A stretch of DNA of 64,000 bases from Paragordius varius (taxonomy: Eukaryota; Animalia; Nematomorpha), in contig OZ176051.1 of NCBI GenBank assembly GCA_964247055.1, forward strand, positions 620,001-684,000, read 5' to 3'. Numbering within the stretch: the stretch's first letter is position 1; every line of letters starts with the position of its first letter. Under the pieces are notes generated by a model that made no database searches, had not been told where the DNA came from, and saw nothing but the letters and a program-made list of their open reading frames with translations. Positions 26,400-40,554 of this stretch are shown one piece after another. A program made the translations under genes and the position numbers.

Positions 26400-29300
26400 C
26401 GGTGAACAAAATTATTTTTTATACATTCTCTTAGTAGGACTACATCAAAATATAGAGATAGTTTGGCAAACTGTTTCATATCCGATTTTTACAACGATAC
26501 TTTAAAAATTAATGTATAAAACTAGTCGCATCAATACTCAAGTTAAACTTTGTCCTTAAAAATCGAATATTGGTCACCGGTGAACAAAATTATTTTTTAT
26601 ACATTCTCTTAGTAAGACTACATCAAAATATAGAGATAGTTTGACAAACTCTTTCATATCCGATTTTTACAACGATACTTTAAAAATTAATGTGTTAAAC
26701 TAGTCGCATCAATACTCAAGTTAAACTTTGTCCTTAAAAATCGGATATTGGTCACCGGTGAACAAAATTATTTTTTATACATTCTCTTAGTAAGACTACA
26801 TCAAAATATAGAGATAGTTTGACAAACTCTTTCATATCCGATTTTTACAACGATACTTTAAAAATTATGGTATTAAACCAGTCGCATCAATACTCAAGTT
26901 AAACTTTGTCCTTAAAAATCGGATATTGGTGACCGGTGAACAAAATTATTTTTTATACATTCTCTTAGTAAGACTACATCAAAATATAGAGATAATTTGA
27001 CAAACTCTTTCATATCCGATTTTTACAACGATACTTTAAAAATTAATGTATAAAACTAAGCGTATCAATTAATCGCATCAATACTCAAGTTAAACTTTGT
27101 CCTTAAAAATCGGATATTGTTCACCGGTGAACAAAATTATTTTTTATACATTCTCTTAGTAGGACTACATCAAAATATAGAGATAGTTTGGCAAACTGTT
27201 TCATATCCAATTTTTACAACGATACTTTAAAAATTAATGTATAAAACTAGTCGCATCAATACTCAAGTTAAAGTTTGTCCTTAAAAATCGGATATTGGTC
27301 ACCGGTGAACAAAATTATTTTTTATACATTCTCTTAGTAAGACTACATCAAAATATAGAGATAATTTGAAAAACTCTTTCATATCCGATTTTTACAACGA
27401 TACTTTAAAAATTAATGTATAAAACTAGGCGTATCAATTAATCGCATCAATACTCAAGTTAAACTTTCTCCTTAAAAATCGGATATTGGTCACCGGTGAA
27501 CAAAATTATTTTTTATACATTCTCTTAGTAAGACTACATCAAAATATAGAGATAGTTTGACAAACTCTTTCATATCCGATTTTTACAACGATACTTTAAA
27601 AATTATGGTATTAAACCAGTCGCATCAATACTCAAGTTAAACTTTGTCCTTAAAAATCGGATATTGGTGACCGGTGAACAAAATAATTTTTTATACATTC
27701 TCTTAGTAAGACTACATCAAAATATAGAGATAATTTGACAAACTCTTTCATATCCGATTTTTACAACGATACTTTAAAAATTAATGTATAAAACTAAGCG
27801 TATCAATTAATCGCATCAATACTCAAGTTAAACTTTGTCCTTAAAAATCGGATATTGGTCACCGGTGAACAAAATTATTTTTTATACATTCTCTTAGTAG
27901 GACTACATCAAAATATAGAGATAGTTTGGCAAACTGTTTCATATCCAATTTTTACAACGATACTTTAAAAATTAATGTATAAAACTATTCGCATCAATAC
28001 TCAAGTTAAAGTTTGTCCTTAAAAATCGGGTTTTGGTCACCGGTGAACAAAATTATTTTTTATACATTCTCTTAGTAAGACTACATCAAAATATAGAGAT
28101 AATTTGAAAAACTCTTTCATATCCGATTTTTACAACGATACTTTAAAAATTAATGTATAAAACTAGGCGTATCAATTAATCGCATCAATACTCAAGTTAA
28201 ACTTTCTCCTTAAAAATCGGATATTGGTCACCGGTGAACAAAATTATTTTTTATACATTCTCTTAGTAAGACTACATCAAAATATAGAGATAGTTTGACA
28301 AACTCTTTCATATCCGATTTTTACAACGATACTTTAAAAATTATGGTATTAAACCAGTCGCATCAATACTCAAGTTAAACTTTGTCCTTAAAAATCGGAT
28401 ATTTGTCACCGGTGAACAAAATTATTTTTTATACATTCTCTTAGTAAGACTACATCAAAATATAGAGATAGTTTGACAAACTCTTTCATATCCGATTTTT
28501 ACAACGATACTTTAAAAATTATGGTATTAAACCAGTAGCATCAATACTCAAGTTAAACTTTGTCCTTAAAAATCGGATATTGGTCACCGGTGAACAAAAC
28601 TATTTTTTTTACATTCTCTTAGTAAGACTACATCAAAATATAGAGATAATTTGACAAACTCTTTCATATCCGATTTTTACAACGATACTTTAAAAATTAA
28701 TGTATAAAACTAGTCGCATCAATACTCAAGTTAAACTTTGTCCTTAAAAATCGGATATTGGTCACCGGTGAACAAAATTATTTTTTATACATTCTCTTAG
28801 TAAGACTACATCAAAATATAGAGATAGTTTGACAAACTCTTTCATATCCGATTTTTACAACGATACTTTAAAAATTATGGTATTAAACCAGTCGCATCAA
28901 TACTCAAGTTAAACTTTGTCCTTAAAAATCGGATATTGGTCACCGGTGAACAAAATTATTTTTTATACATTCTCTTAGTAAGACTACATCAAAATATAGA
29001 GATAGTTTGACAAACTCTTTCATATCCGATTTTTACAACGATACTTTAAAAATTATGGTATAAAACTAGGCGTATCCATTAATCGCATCAATACTCAAGT
29101 TAAACTTTGTCCTTAAAAATCGGATATTGGTCACCGGTGAACAAAAATATTTTTATACATTCTCTTAGTAGGACTACATCAAAATATAGAGATAGTTTGG
29201 CAAACTGTTTCATATCCAATTTTTACAACGATACTTTAAAAATTAATGTATAAAACTAGTCGCATCAATACTCAAGTTAAACTTTGTCCTTAAAAATCGG

Positions 29301-29540
29301 ATATTGGTCACCGGTGAACAAAATTATTTTTTATACATTCTCTTAGTAAGACTACATCAAAATATAGAGATAATTTGACAAACTCTTTCATATCCGATTT
29401 TTACAACGATACTTTAAAAATTAATGTATAAAACTAGTCGTATCAATAAATCGCATCAATACTCAATTTAAACTTTCTCCTTAAAAATCGGATATTGGTC
29501 ACCGGTGAACAAAATTATTTTTTATACATTCTCTTAGTAG
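26400..29540. repeat. Long-range copy of 15190-17950 with an expanded 738-bp 4-mer HOR
   Basis: GGTGACC at 26928 and 27666; AAAGTTTG at 27273 and 28011. Offsets to the first block are 11217, 11406 and 11596. Confidence 0.85.
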
Positions 29541-31899
29541 GACTACATCAAAATATAGAGATAGTTTGGCAAACTGTTTTATATCCGATTTTTACAACGA
29601 TACTTTAAAAATTAATGTATAAAACTAGTCGCATCAATACTCAAGTTAAACTTTGTCCTTAAAAATCGAATATTGGTCATAGGTGAACAAAATTATTTTT
29701 TATACATTCTCTTAGTAAGACTACATCAAAATATAGAGATAGTTTGACAAACTCTTTCATATCCGATTTTTACAACGATACTGTAAAAATTAATGTTTAA
29801 AACTAGTCGCATCAATACTCAAGTTAAACTTTGTCCTTAATAATCGAATATTGGTCACCGGTGAACAAAATTATTTTTTATACATTCTCTTAGTAAGACT
29901 ACATCAAAATATAGAGATAGTTTGACAAACTCTTTCATATCCGATTTTTACAACGATACTTTAAAAATTGATGTATAAAACTAGGCGTATCAATTAATCG
30001 CATCAATACTCAAGTTAAACTTTGTCCTTAAAAATCGGATATTGGTCACCGGTGAACAAAATTATTTTTTATACATTCTCTTAGTAAGACTACATCAAAA
30101 TATAGAGATAGGTCTACAAACTCTTTCATATCCGATTTTTACAACGATACTTTAAAAATTATGGTATTAAACCAGTCGCATCAATACTCAAGTTAAACTT
30201 TGTCCTTAAAAATCGGATATTGGTCACCGGTGAACAAAATTATTTTTTATACATTCTCTTAGTAGGACTACATCAAAATATAGAGATAGTTTGGCAAACT
30301 GTTTCATATCCGATTTTTACAACGATACTTTAAAAATTAATGTATAAAACTAGTCGCATCAATACTCAAGTTAAACTTTGTCCTTAAAAATCGAATATTG
30401 GTCACCGGTGAACAAAATTATTTTTTATACATTCTCTTAGTAAGACTACATCAAAATATAGAGATAGTTTGACAAACTCTTTCATATCCGATTTTTACTA
30501 CGATACTTTAAAAATTAATGTGTTAAACTAGTCGCATCAATACTCAAGTTAAACTTTGTCCTTAAAAATCGGATATTGTTGACCGGTGAACAAAATTATT
30601 TTTTATACATTCTCTTAGTAAGACTACATCAAAATATAGAGATAGTTTGACAAACTCTTTCATATCCGATTTTTACAACGATACTTTAAAAATTATGGTA
30701 TTAAACCAGTCGCATCAATACTCAAGTTAAACTTTGTCCTTAAATCGGATATTGGTCACCGGTGAACAAAATTATTTTTTGTACATTCTCTTAGTAAGAC
30801 TACATCAAAATATAGAGATAGTTTGACAAACTCTTTCATATCCGATTTTTACAACGATACTTTAAAAATTGATGTATAAAACTAGGCGTATCAATTAATC
30901 GCATCAATACTCAAGTTAAACTTTGTCCTTAAAAATCGGATATTGGTCACCGGTGAACAAAATTATTTTTTATACATTCTCTTAGTAAGACTACATCAAA
31001 ATATAGAGATAGTTTGACAAACTCTTTCATATCCGATTTTTACAACGATACTTTAAAAATTATGGTATTAAACCAGTCGCATCAATACTCAAGTTAAACT
31101 TTGTCCTTAAAAATCGGATATTGGTCACCGGTGAACAAAATTATTTTTTATACATTCTCTTAGTAAGACTACATCAAAATATAGAGATAGTTTGACAAAC
31201 TCTTTCATATCCGATTTTTACAACGATACTTTAAAAATTATGGTATTAAACCAGTCGCATCAATACTCAAGTTAAACTTTGTCCTTAAATCGGATATTGG
31301 TCACCGGTGAACAAAATTATTTTTTATACATTCTCTTAGTAAGACTACATCAAAATATAGAGATAGTTTGACAAACTCTTTCATATCCGATTTTTACAAC
31401 GATACTTTAAAAATTATGGTATTAAACCAGTCGCATCAATATTCAAGTTAAACTTTCTCCTTAAAAATCGGATATTGGTCACCGGTGAACCAAATTATTT
31501 TTTATACATTCTCTTAGTAAGACTACATCAAAATATAGAGATAGTTTGACAAACTCTTTCATATCCGATTTTTACAACGATACTGTAAAAATTAATGTAT
31601 AAAACTAGTCGCATCAATACTCAAGTTAAACTTTGTCCTTAAAAATCGAATATTGGTCACCGGTGAACAAAATTATTTTTTATACATTCTCTTAGTAAGA
31701 CTACATCAAAATATAGAGATAGTTTGACAAACTCTTTCATATCCGATTTTTACAACGATACTTTAAAAATTATGGTATTAAACCAGTCGCATCAATACTC
31801 AAGTTAAACTTTGTCCTTAAAAATCGGATATTGGTCACCGGTGAACAAAATTATTTTTTATACATTCTCTTAGTAAGACTACATCAAAATATAGAGATA

Positions 31900-34800
31900 G
31901 TTTGACAAACTCTTTCATATCCGATTTTTACAACGATACTTTAAAATTTTATGGTATTAAACCAGTCGCATCAATACTCAAGTTAAACTTTGTCCTTAAA
32001 AATCGGATATTGGTCACGGTGAACAAAATTATTTTTTATACATTCTCTTAGTAAGACTACATCAAAATATAGAGATAATTTGACAAACTCTTTCATATCC
32101 GATTTTTACAACGATACTTTAAAAATTAATGTATAAAACTAGAAGTATCAATTAATCGCATCAATACTCAAGTTAAACTTTGTCCTTCAAAATCGGATAT
32201 TGATCACCGGTGAACAAAATTATTTTTTATACATTCTCTTAGTAGGACTACATTAAAATATAGAGATAGTTTGGCAAACTGTTTCATATCCGATTTTTAC
32301 AACGATACTTTAAAAATTAATGTATAAAACTAGTCGCATCAATACTCAAATTAAACTCTGTCCTTAAAAATCGAATATTGGTCACCGGTGAACAAAATTA
32401 TTTTTTATACATTCTCTTAGTAAGACTACATCAAAATATAGAGATAGTTTGACAAACTCTTTCATATCCGATTTTTACAACGATACTGTAAAAATTAATG
32501 TATAAAACTAGTCGCATCAATATTCAAGTTAAACTTTGTCCTTAAAAATCGAATATTGGTCACCGGTGAACAAAATTATTTTTTATACATTCTCTTAGTA
32601 AGACTACATCAAAATATAGAGATAGTTTGACAAACTCTTTCATATCCGATTTTTACAACGATACTTTAAAAATTATGGTATTAAACCAGTCGCATCAATA
32701 CTCAAGTTAAACTTTGTCCTTAAAAATCGGATATTGGTCACGGTGAACAAAATTATTTTTTATACATTCTCTTAGTAAGACTACATCAAAATATAGAGAT
32801 AATTTGACAAACTCTTTCATATCCGATTTTTACAACGATACTTTAAAAATTAATGTATAAAACTAGAAGTATCAATTAATCGCATCAATACTCAAGTTAA
32901 ACTTTGTCCTTCAAAATCGGATATTGATCACCGGTGAACAAAATTATTTTTTATACATTCTCTTAGTAGGACTACATTAAAATATAGAGATAGTTTGGCA
33001 AACTGTTTCATATCCGATTTTTACAACGATACTTTAAAAATTAATGTATAAAACTAGTCGCATCAATACTCAAATTAAACTCTGTCCTTAAAAATCGAAT
33101 ATTGGTCACCGGTGAACAAAATTATTTTTTATACATTCTCTTAGTAAGACTACATCAAAATATAGAAATAGTTTGACAAACTCTTTCATATCCGATTTTT
33201 ACAACGATACTTTAAAAATTAATGTATTAAACTAGTCGCATCAATACTCAAGCTAAAACATTGTCCTTAAAAATCGGATATTGGTCACCGGTGAACAAAA
33301 CTATTTTTTATACCGTCTCTTAGTAAGACTACATCAAAATATAGAGATAGTTTGACAAACTCCTTCATATCCGATTTTTACAACGATACTTTAAAAATTA
33401 ATGTATAAAACTAGTCGTATCAATAAATCGCATCAATACTCAAGTTAAACTTTGTCCTTAAAAATCGGATATTGGTCACGGTGAACAAAATTATTTTTTA
33501 TACATTCTCTTAGTAAGACTACATCAAAATATAGAGATAGTTTGACAAACTCTTTCATATCCGATTTTTACAACGATACTTTAAAAATTAATGTGTTAAA
33601 CTAGTCGCATCAATACTCAAGTTAAACTTTGTCCTTAAAAATCGAATATTGGTCACCGGTGAACAAAATTATTTTTTATACATTCTCTTAGTAAGACTAC
33701 ATCAAAATATAGAGATAGTTTGACAAACTCTTTCATATCCGATTTTTACAACGATACTTTAAAAATTATGGTATTAAACCAGTCGCATCAATACTCAAGT
33801 TAAACTTTGTCCTTAAAAATCGGATATTGGTCACGGTGAACAAAATTATTTTTTATACATTCTCTTAGTAAGACTACATCAAAATATAGAGATAATTTGA
33901 CAAACTCTTTCATATCCGATTTTTACAACGATACTTTAAAAATTAATGTATAAAACTAGAAGTATCAATTAATCGCATCAATACTCAAGTTAAACTTTGT
34001 CCTTCAAAATCGGATATTGATCACCGGTGAACAAAATTATTTTTTATACATTCTCTTAGTAGGACTACATTAAAATATAGAGATAGTTTGGCAAACTGTT
34101 TCATATCCGATTTTTACAACGATACTTTAAAAATTAATGTATAAAACTAGTCGCATCAATACTCAAATTAAACTCTGTCCTTAAAAATCGAATATTGGTC
34201 ACCGGTGAACAAAATTATTTTTTATACATTCTCTTAGTAAGACTACATCAAAATATAGAGATAGTTTGACAAACTCTTTCATATCCGATTTTTACAACGA
34301 TACTGTAAAAATTAATGTATAAAACTAGTCGCATCAATACTCAAGTTAAACTTTGTCCTTAAAAATCGAATATTGGTCACCGGTGAACAAAATTATTTTT
34401 TATACATTCTCTTAGTAAGACTACATCAAAATATAGAGATAGTTTGACAAACTCTTTCATATCCGATTTTTACAACGATACTTTAAAAATTATGGTATTA
34501 AACCAGTCGCATCAATACTCAAGTTAAACTTTGTCCTTAAAAATCGGATATTGGTCACCGGTGAACAAAATTATTTTTTATACATTCTCTTAGTAAGACT
34601 ACATCAAAATATAGAGATAGTTTGACAAACTCTTTCATATCCGATTTTTACAACGATACTTTAAAAATTATGGTATTAAACCAGTCGCATCAATACTCAA
34701 GTTAAACTTTGTCCTTAAAAATCGGATATTGGTCACGGTGAACAAAATTATTTTTTATACATTCTCTTAGTAAGACTACATCAAAATATAGAGATAATTT

Positions 34801-37620
34801 GACAAACTCTTTCATATCCGATTTTTACAACAATACTTTAAAAATTAATGTATAAAACTAGAAGTATCAATTAATCGCATCAATACTCAAGTTAAACTTT
34901 GTCCTTCAAAATCGGATATTGATCACCGGTGAACAAAATTATTTTTTATACATTCTCTTAGTAGGACTACATTAAAATATAGAGATAGTTTGGCAAACTG
35001 TTTCATATCCGATTTTTACAACGATACTTTAAAAATTAATGTATAAAACTAGTCGCATCAATACTCAAATTAAACTCTGTCCTTAAAAATCGAATATTGG
35101 TCACCGGTGAACAAAATTATTTTTTATACATTCTCTTAGTAAGACTACATCAAAATATAGAAATAGTTTGACAAACTCTTTCATATCCGATTTTTACAAC
35201 GATACTTTAAAAATTAATGTATTAAACTAGTCGCATCAATACTCAAGCTAAAACATTGTCCTTAAAAATCGGATATTGGTCACCGGTGAACAAAACTATT
35301 TTTTATACCGTCTCTTAGTAAGACTACATCAAAATATAGAGATAGTTTGACAAACTCCTTCATATCCGATTTTTACAACGATACTTTAAAAATTAATGTA
35401 TAAAACTAGTCGTATCAATAAATCGCATCAATACTCAAGTTAAACTTTGTCCTTAAAAATCGGATATTGGTCACGGTGAACAAAATTATTTTTTATACAT
35501 TCTCTTAGTAAGACTACATCAAAATATAGAGATAGTTTGACAAACTCTTTCATATCCGATTTTTACAACGATACTTTAAAAATTAATGTGTTAAACTAGT
35601 CGCATCAATACTCAAGTTAAACTTTGTCCTTAAAAATCGGATATTGGTCACCGGTGAACAAAATTATTTTTTATACATTCTCTTAGTAAGACTACATCAA
35701 AATATAGAGATAATTTGACAAACTCTTTCATATCCGATTTTTACAACGATACTTTAAAAATTATGCTATTAAACCAGTCGCATCAATTCTCAAGTTAAAC
35801 TTTGTCCTTAAAAATCGAATATTGGTCACCGGTGAACAAAATTATTTTTTATACATTCTCTTAGTAAGACTACATCAAAATATAGAGATAGTTTGACAAA
35901 CTCTTTCATATCCGATTTTTACAACGATACTTTAAAAATTATGGTATTAAACCAGTCGCATCAATACTCAAGTTAAACTTTGTCCTTAAAAATCGGATAT
36001 TGGTCACCGGTGAACAAAATTATTTTTTATACATTCTCTTAGTAAGACTACATCAAAATATAGAGATAGTTTGACAAACTCTTTATATCCGATTTTTACA
36101 ACGATACTTTAAAAATTAATGTATAAAACTAGGCGTATCAATTAATCGCATCAATACTCAAGTTAAACTTTGTCCTTAAAAATCGGATATTGGTCACGGT
36201 GAACAAAATTATTTTTTATACATTCTCTTAGTAGGACTACATCAAAATATAGAGATAGTTTGGCAAACTGTTTCATATCCGATTTTTACAACGATACTTT
36301 AAAAATTAATGTATAAAACTAGTCGCATCAATACTCAAGTTAAACTTTGTCCTTAAAAATCGAATATTGGTCACCGGTGAACAAAATTATTTTTTATACA
36401 TTCTCTTAGTAAGACTACATCAAAATATAGAGATAGTTTGACAAACTCTTTCATATCCGATTTTTACAACGATACTTTAAAAATTATGGTATTAAACCAG
36501 TCGCATCAATACTCAAGTTAAACTTTGTCCTTAAAAATCGGATATTGGTCACGGTGAACAAAATTATTTTTTATACATTCTCTTAGTAAGACTACATCAA
36601 AATATAGAGATAATTTGACAAACTCTTTCATATCCGATTTTTACAACAATACTTTAAAAATTAATGTATAAAACTAGAAGTATCAATTAATCGCATCAAT
36701 ACTCAAGTTAAACTTTGTCCTTCAAAATCGGATATTGATCACCGGTGAACAAAATTATTTTTTATACATTCTCTTAGTAGGACTACATTAAAATATAGAG
36801 ATAGTTTGGCAAACTGTTTCATATCCGATTTTTACAACGATACTTTAAAAATTAATGTATAAAACTAGTCGCATCAATACTCAAATTAAACTCTGTCCTT
36901 AAAAATCGAATATTGGTCACCGGTGAACAAAATTATTTTTTATACATTCTCTTAGTAAGACTACATCAAAATATAGAAATAGTTTGACAAACTCTTTCAT
37001 ATCCGATTTTTACAACGATACTTTAAAAATTAATGTATTAAACTAGTCGCATCAATACTCAAGCTAAAACATTGTCCTTAAAAATCGGATATTGGTCACC
37101 GGTGAACAAAACTATTTTTTATACCGTCTCTTAGTAAGACTACATCAAAATATAGAGATAGTTTGACAAACTCCTTCATATCCGATTTTTACAACGATAC
37201 TTTAAAAATTAATGTATAAAACTAGTCGTATCAATAAATCGCATCAATACTCAAGTTAAACTTTGTCCTTAAAAATCGGATATTGGTCACGGTGAACAAA
37301 ATTATTTTTTATACATTCTCTTAGTAAGACTACATCAAAATATAGAGATAGTTTGACAAACTCTTTCATATCCGATTTTTACAACGATACTTTAAAAATT
37401 AATGTGTTAAACTAGTCGCATCAATACTCAAGTTAAACTTTGTCCTTAAAAATCGGATATTGGTCACCGGTGAACAAAATTATTTTTTATACATTCTCTT
37501 AGTAAGACTACATCAAAATATAGAGATAATTTGACAAACTCTTTCATATCCGATTTTTACAACGATACTTTAAAAATTATGCTATTAAACCAGTCGCATC
37601 AATTCTCAAGTTAAACTTTG
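31900..37620. repeat. HOR family with a fixed marker core and variable period (4, 6, 5, 10 monomers)
   Basis: AGAAGTATC at 32141, 32865, 33958, 34860 and 36676, each linked to CCTTCAAAA, ATTGATCACC, CATTAAAAT and CAAATTAAACTC. Confidence 0.88.
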
Positions 37621-40448
37621 TCAAAAATCGGATATTGGTCACCGGTGAACAAAATTATTTTTTATACATTCTCTTAGTAAGACTACATCAAAATATAGAG
37701 ATAGTTTGACTATCTCTTTCATATCCGATTTTTACAACGATACTTTAAAAATTATGGTATTAAACCAGTCGCATCAATACTCAAGTTAAACTTTCTCCTT
37801 AAAAATCGGATATTGGTCACCGGTGAACAAAATTATTTTTTATACATTCTCTTAGTAAGACTACATCAAAATATAGATATAGTTTGACAAACTCTTTCAT
37901 ATCCGATTTTTACAATGATACTTTAAAAATTAATGTATAAAACTAGGCGTATCAATTAATCGCATCAATACTCAAGTTAAACTTTGTCCTTAAAAATCGG
38001 ATATTGGTCACGGTGAACAAAATTATTTTTTATACATTCTCTTAGTAGGACTACATCAAAATATAGAGATAGTTTGGCAAACTGTTTCATATCCGATTTT
38101 TACAACGATACTTTAAAAATTAATGTATAAAACTAGTCGCATCAATACTCAAGTTAAACTTTGTCCTTAAAAATCGAATATTGGTCACCGGTGAACAAAA
38201 TTATTTTTTATACATTCTCTTAGTAAGACTACATCAAAATATAGAGATAGTTTGACAAACTCTTTCATATCCGATTTTTACAACGATACTTTAAAAATTA
38301 TGGTATTAAACCAGTCGCATCAATACTCAAGTTAAACTTTGTCCTTAAAAATCGGATATTGGTCACCGGTGAACAAAATTATTTTTTATACATTCTCTTA
38401 GTAAGACTACATCAAAATATAGAGATAATTTGACAAACTCTTTATATCCAATTTTTACAACGATACTTTAAAAATTATGGTATTAAACCAGTCGCATCAA
38501 TACTCAAGTTAAACTTTGTCCTTAAAAATCGGATATTGGTCACGGTGAACAAAATTATTTTTTATACATTCTCTTAGTAAGACTACATCAAAATATAGAG
38601 ATAATTTGACAAACTCTTTCATATCCGATTTTTACAACGATACTTTAAAAATTAATGTATAAAACTAGGCGTATCAATTAATCGCATCAATACTCAAGTT
38701 AAACTTTGTCTTTAAAAATCGGATATTGGTCACCGGTGAACAAAATTATTTTTTATACATTCTCTTAGTAAGACTACATCAAAATATAGAGATAGTTTGA
38801 CAAACTCTTTCATATCCGATTTTTACAACGATACTTTAAAAATTAATGTGTTAAACTAGTCGCATCAATACTCAAGTTAAACTTTGTCCTTAAAAATCGG
38901 ATATTGGTCACCGGTGAACAAAATTATTTTTTATACATTCTCTTAGTAAGACTACATCAAAATATAGAGATAATTTGACAAACTCTTTCATATCCGATTT
39001 TTACAACGATACTTTAAAAATTATGGTATTAAACCAGTCGCATCAATACTCAAGTTAAACTTTGTCCTTAAAAATCGGATATTGGTCACCGGTGAACAAA
39101 ATTATTTTTTATACATTCTCTTAGTAAGACTACATCAAAATATAGAGATAGTTTGACAAACTCTTTATATCCGATTTTTACAACGATACTTTAAAAATTA
39201 TGGTATTAAACCAGTCGCATCAATACTCAAGTTAAACTTTGTCCTTAAAAATCGGATATTGGTCACGGTGAACAAAATTATTTTTTATACATTCTCTTAG
39301 TAAGACTACATCAAAATATAGAGATAATTTGACAAACTCTTTCATATCCGATTTTTACAACGATACTTTAAAAATTAATGTATAAAACTAGGCGTATCAA
39401 TTAATCGCATCAATACTCAAGTTAAACTTTGTCCTTAAAAATCAAATATTGGTCACCGGTGAACAAAATTATTTTTTATACATTCTCTTAGTAGGACTAC
39501 ATCAAAATATAGAGATAGTTTTGCAAACTGTTTCATATCCGATTTTTACAACGATACTTTAAAAATTAATGTATAAAACTAGTCGCATCAATACTCAAGT
39601 TAAACTCTGTCCTTAAAAATCGAATATTGGTCACCGGTGAACAAAATTTTTTATACATTCTCTTAGTAAGACTACATCAAAATATAGAAATAGTTTGATA
39701 AACTCTTTCATATCCGATTTTTACAACGATACTTTAAAAATTAATGTATTAAACTAGTCGCATCAATACTCAAGCTAAAACATTGTCCTTAAAAATCGGA
39801 TATTGGTCACCTGTGAACAAAACTATTTTTTATACCGTCTCTTAGTAAGACTACATCAAAATATAGAGATAGTTTGACAAACTCTTTCACATCCGATTTT
39901 TACAACGATACTTTAAAAATTAATGTATAAAACTAGTCGTATCAATAAATCGCATCAATACTCAAGTTAAACTTTCTCCTTAAAAATCGGATATTGGTCA
40001 CCGGTGAACAAAATTATTTTTTTTACATTCTCTTAGTAAGACTACATCAAAATATAGAGATAGTTTGACAAACTCTTTCATATCCGATTTTTACAACGAT
40101 ACTTTAAAAATTAATGTATAAAACTAGTCCTATCAATAAATCGCATCAATACTCAAGTTAAACTTTCTCCTTAAAAATCGGATATTGGTCACCGGTGAAC
40201 AAAATTATTTTTTATACATTCTCTTAGTAAGACTACATCAAAATATAGAGATAGTTTGACAAACTCTTTCATATCCGATTTTTACAACGATACTTTAAAA
40301 ATAAATGTGTTAAACTAGTCGCATCAATACTCAAGTTAAACTTTGTCCTCAAAAATCAGATATTGGTCATAGGTGAACAAAATTATTTTTTATACATTCT
40401 CTTAGTAAGACTACATCAAAATATAGAGATAGTTTGACAAACTCTTTC

Positions 40449-40541
40449 ATATCCGATTTTTACAACGATACTTTAAAAATTAATGTATAAAACTAGTCGC
40501 ATCAATACTCAAGTTAAACTTTGTCCTTAAAAATCGGATAT
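40449..40541. other. Perfect 14-bp inverted repeat present in most monomers (ATATCCGATTTTTA / TAAAAATCGGATAT); representative copy
   Basis: Arms at 40449-40462 and 40528-40541 are exact reverse complements. The spacer is 65 bp in short monomers and 78 bp in long monomers. Confidence 0.93.
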
Positions 40542-40544
40542 TGG

Positions 40545-40554
40545 TCACCGGTGA
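40545..40554. other. Perfect 10-bp palindrome TCACCGGTGA (contains AgeI ACCGGT; overlaps BstEII GGTCACC); representative copy
   Basis: Read directly. It extends to an imperfect 24-bp dyad ATATTGGTCACCGGTGAACAAAAT (10 of 12 pairs). Confidence 0.93.

Noticed and set aside
40451-40470. CENP-B-box-like motif on the minus strand (TATCGTTGTAAAAATCGGAT)
   Set aside because: It resembles TTCGTTGGAAACGGGA superficially, but the essential TTCG and CGGG are not matched and the CpG spacing is 3 bp too long.
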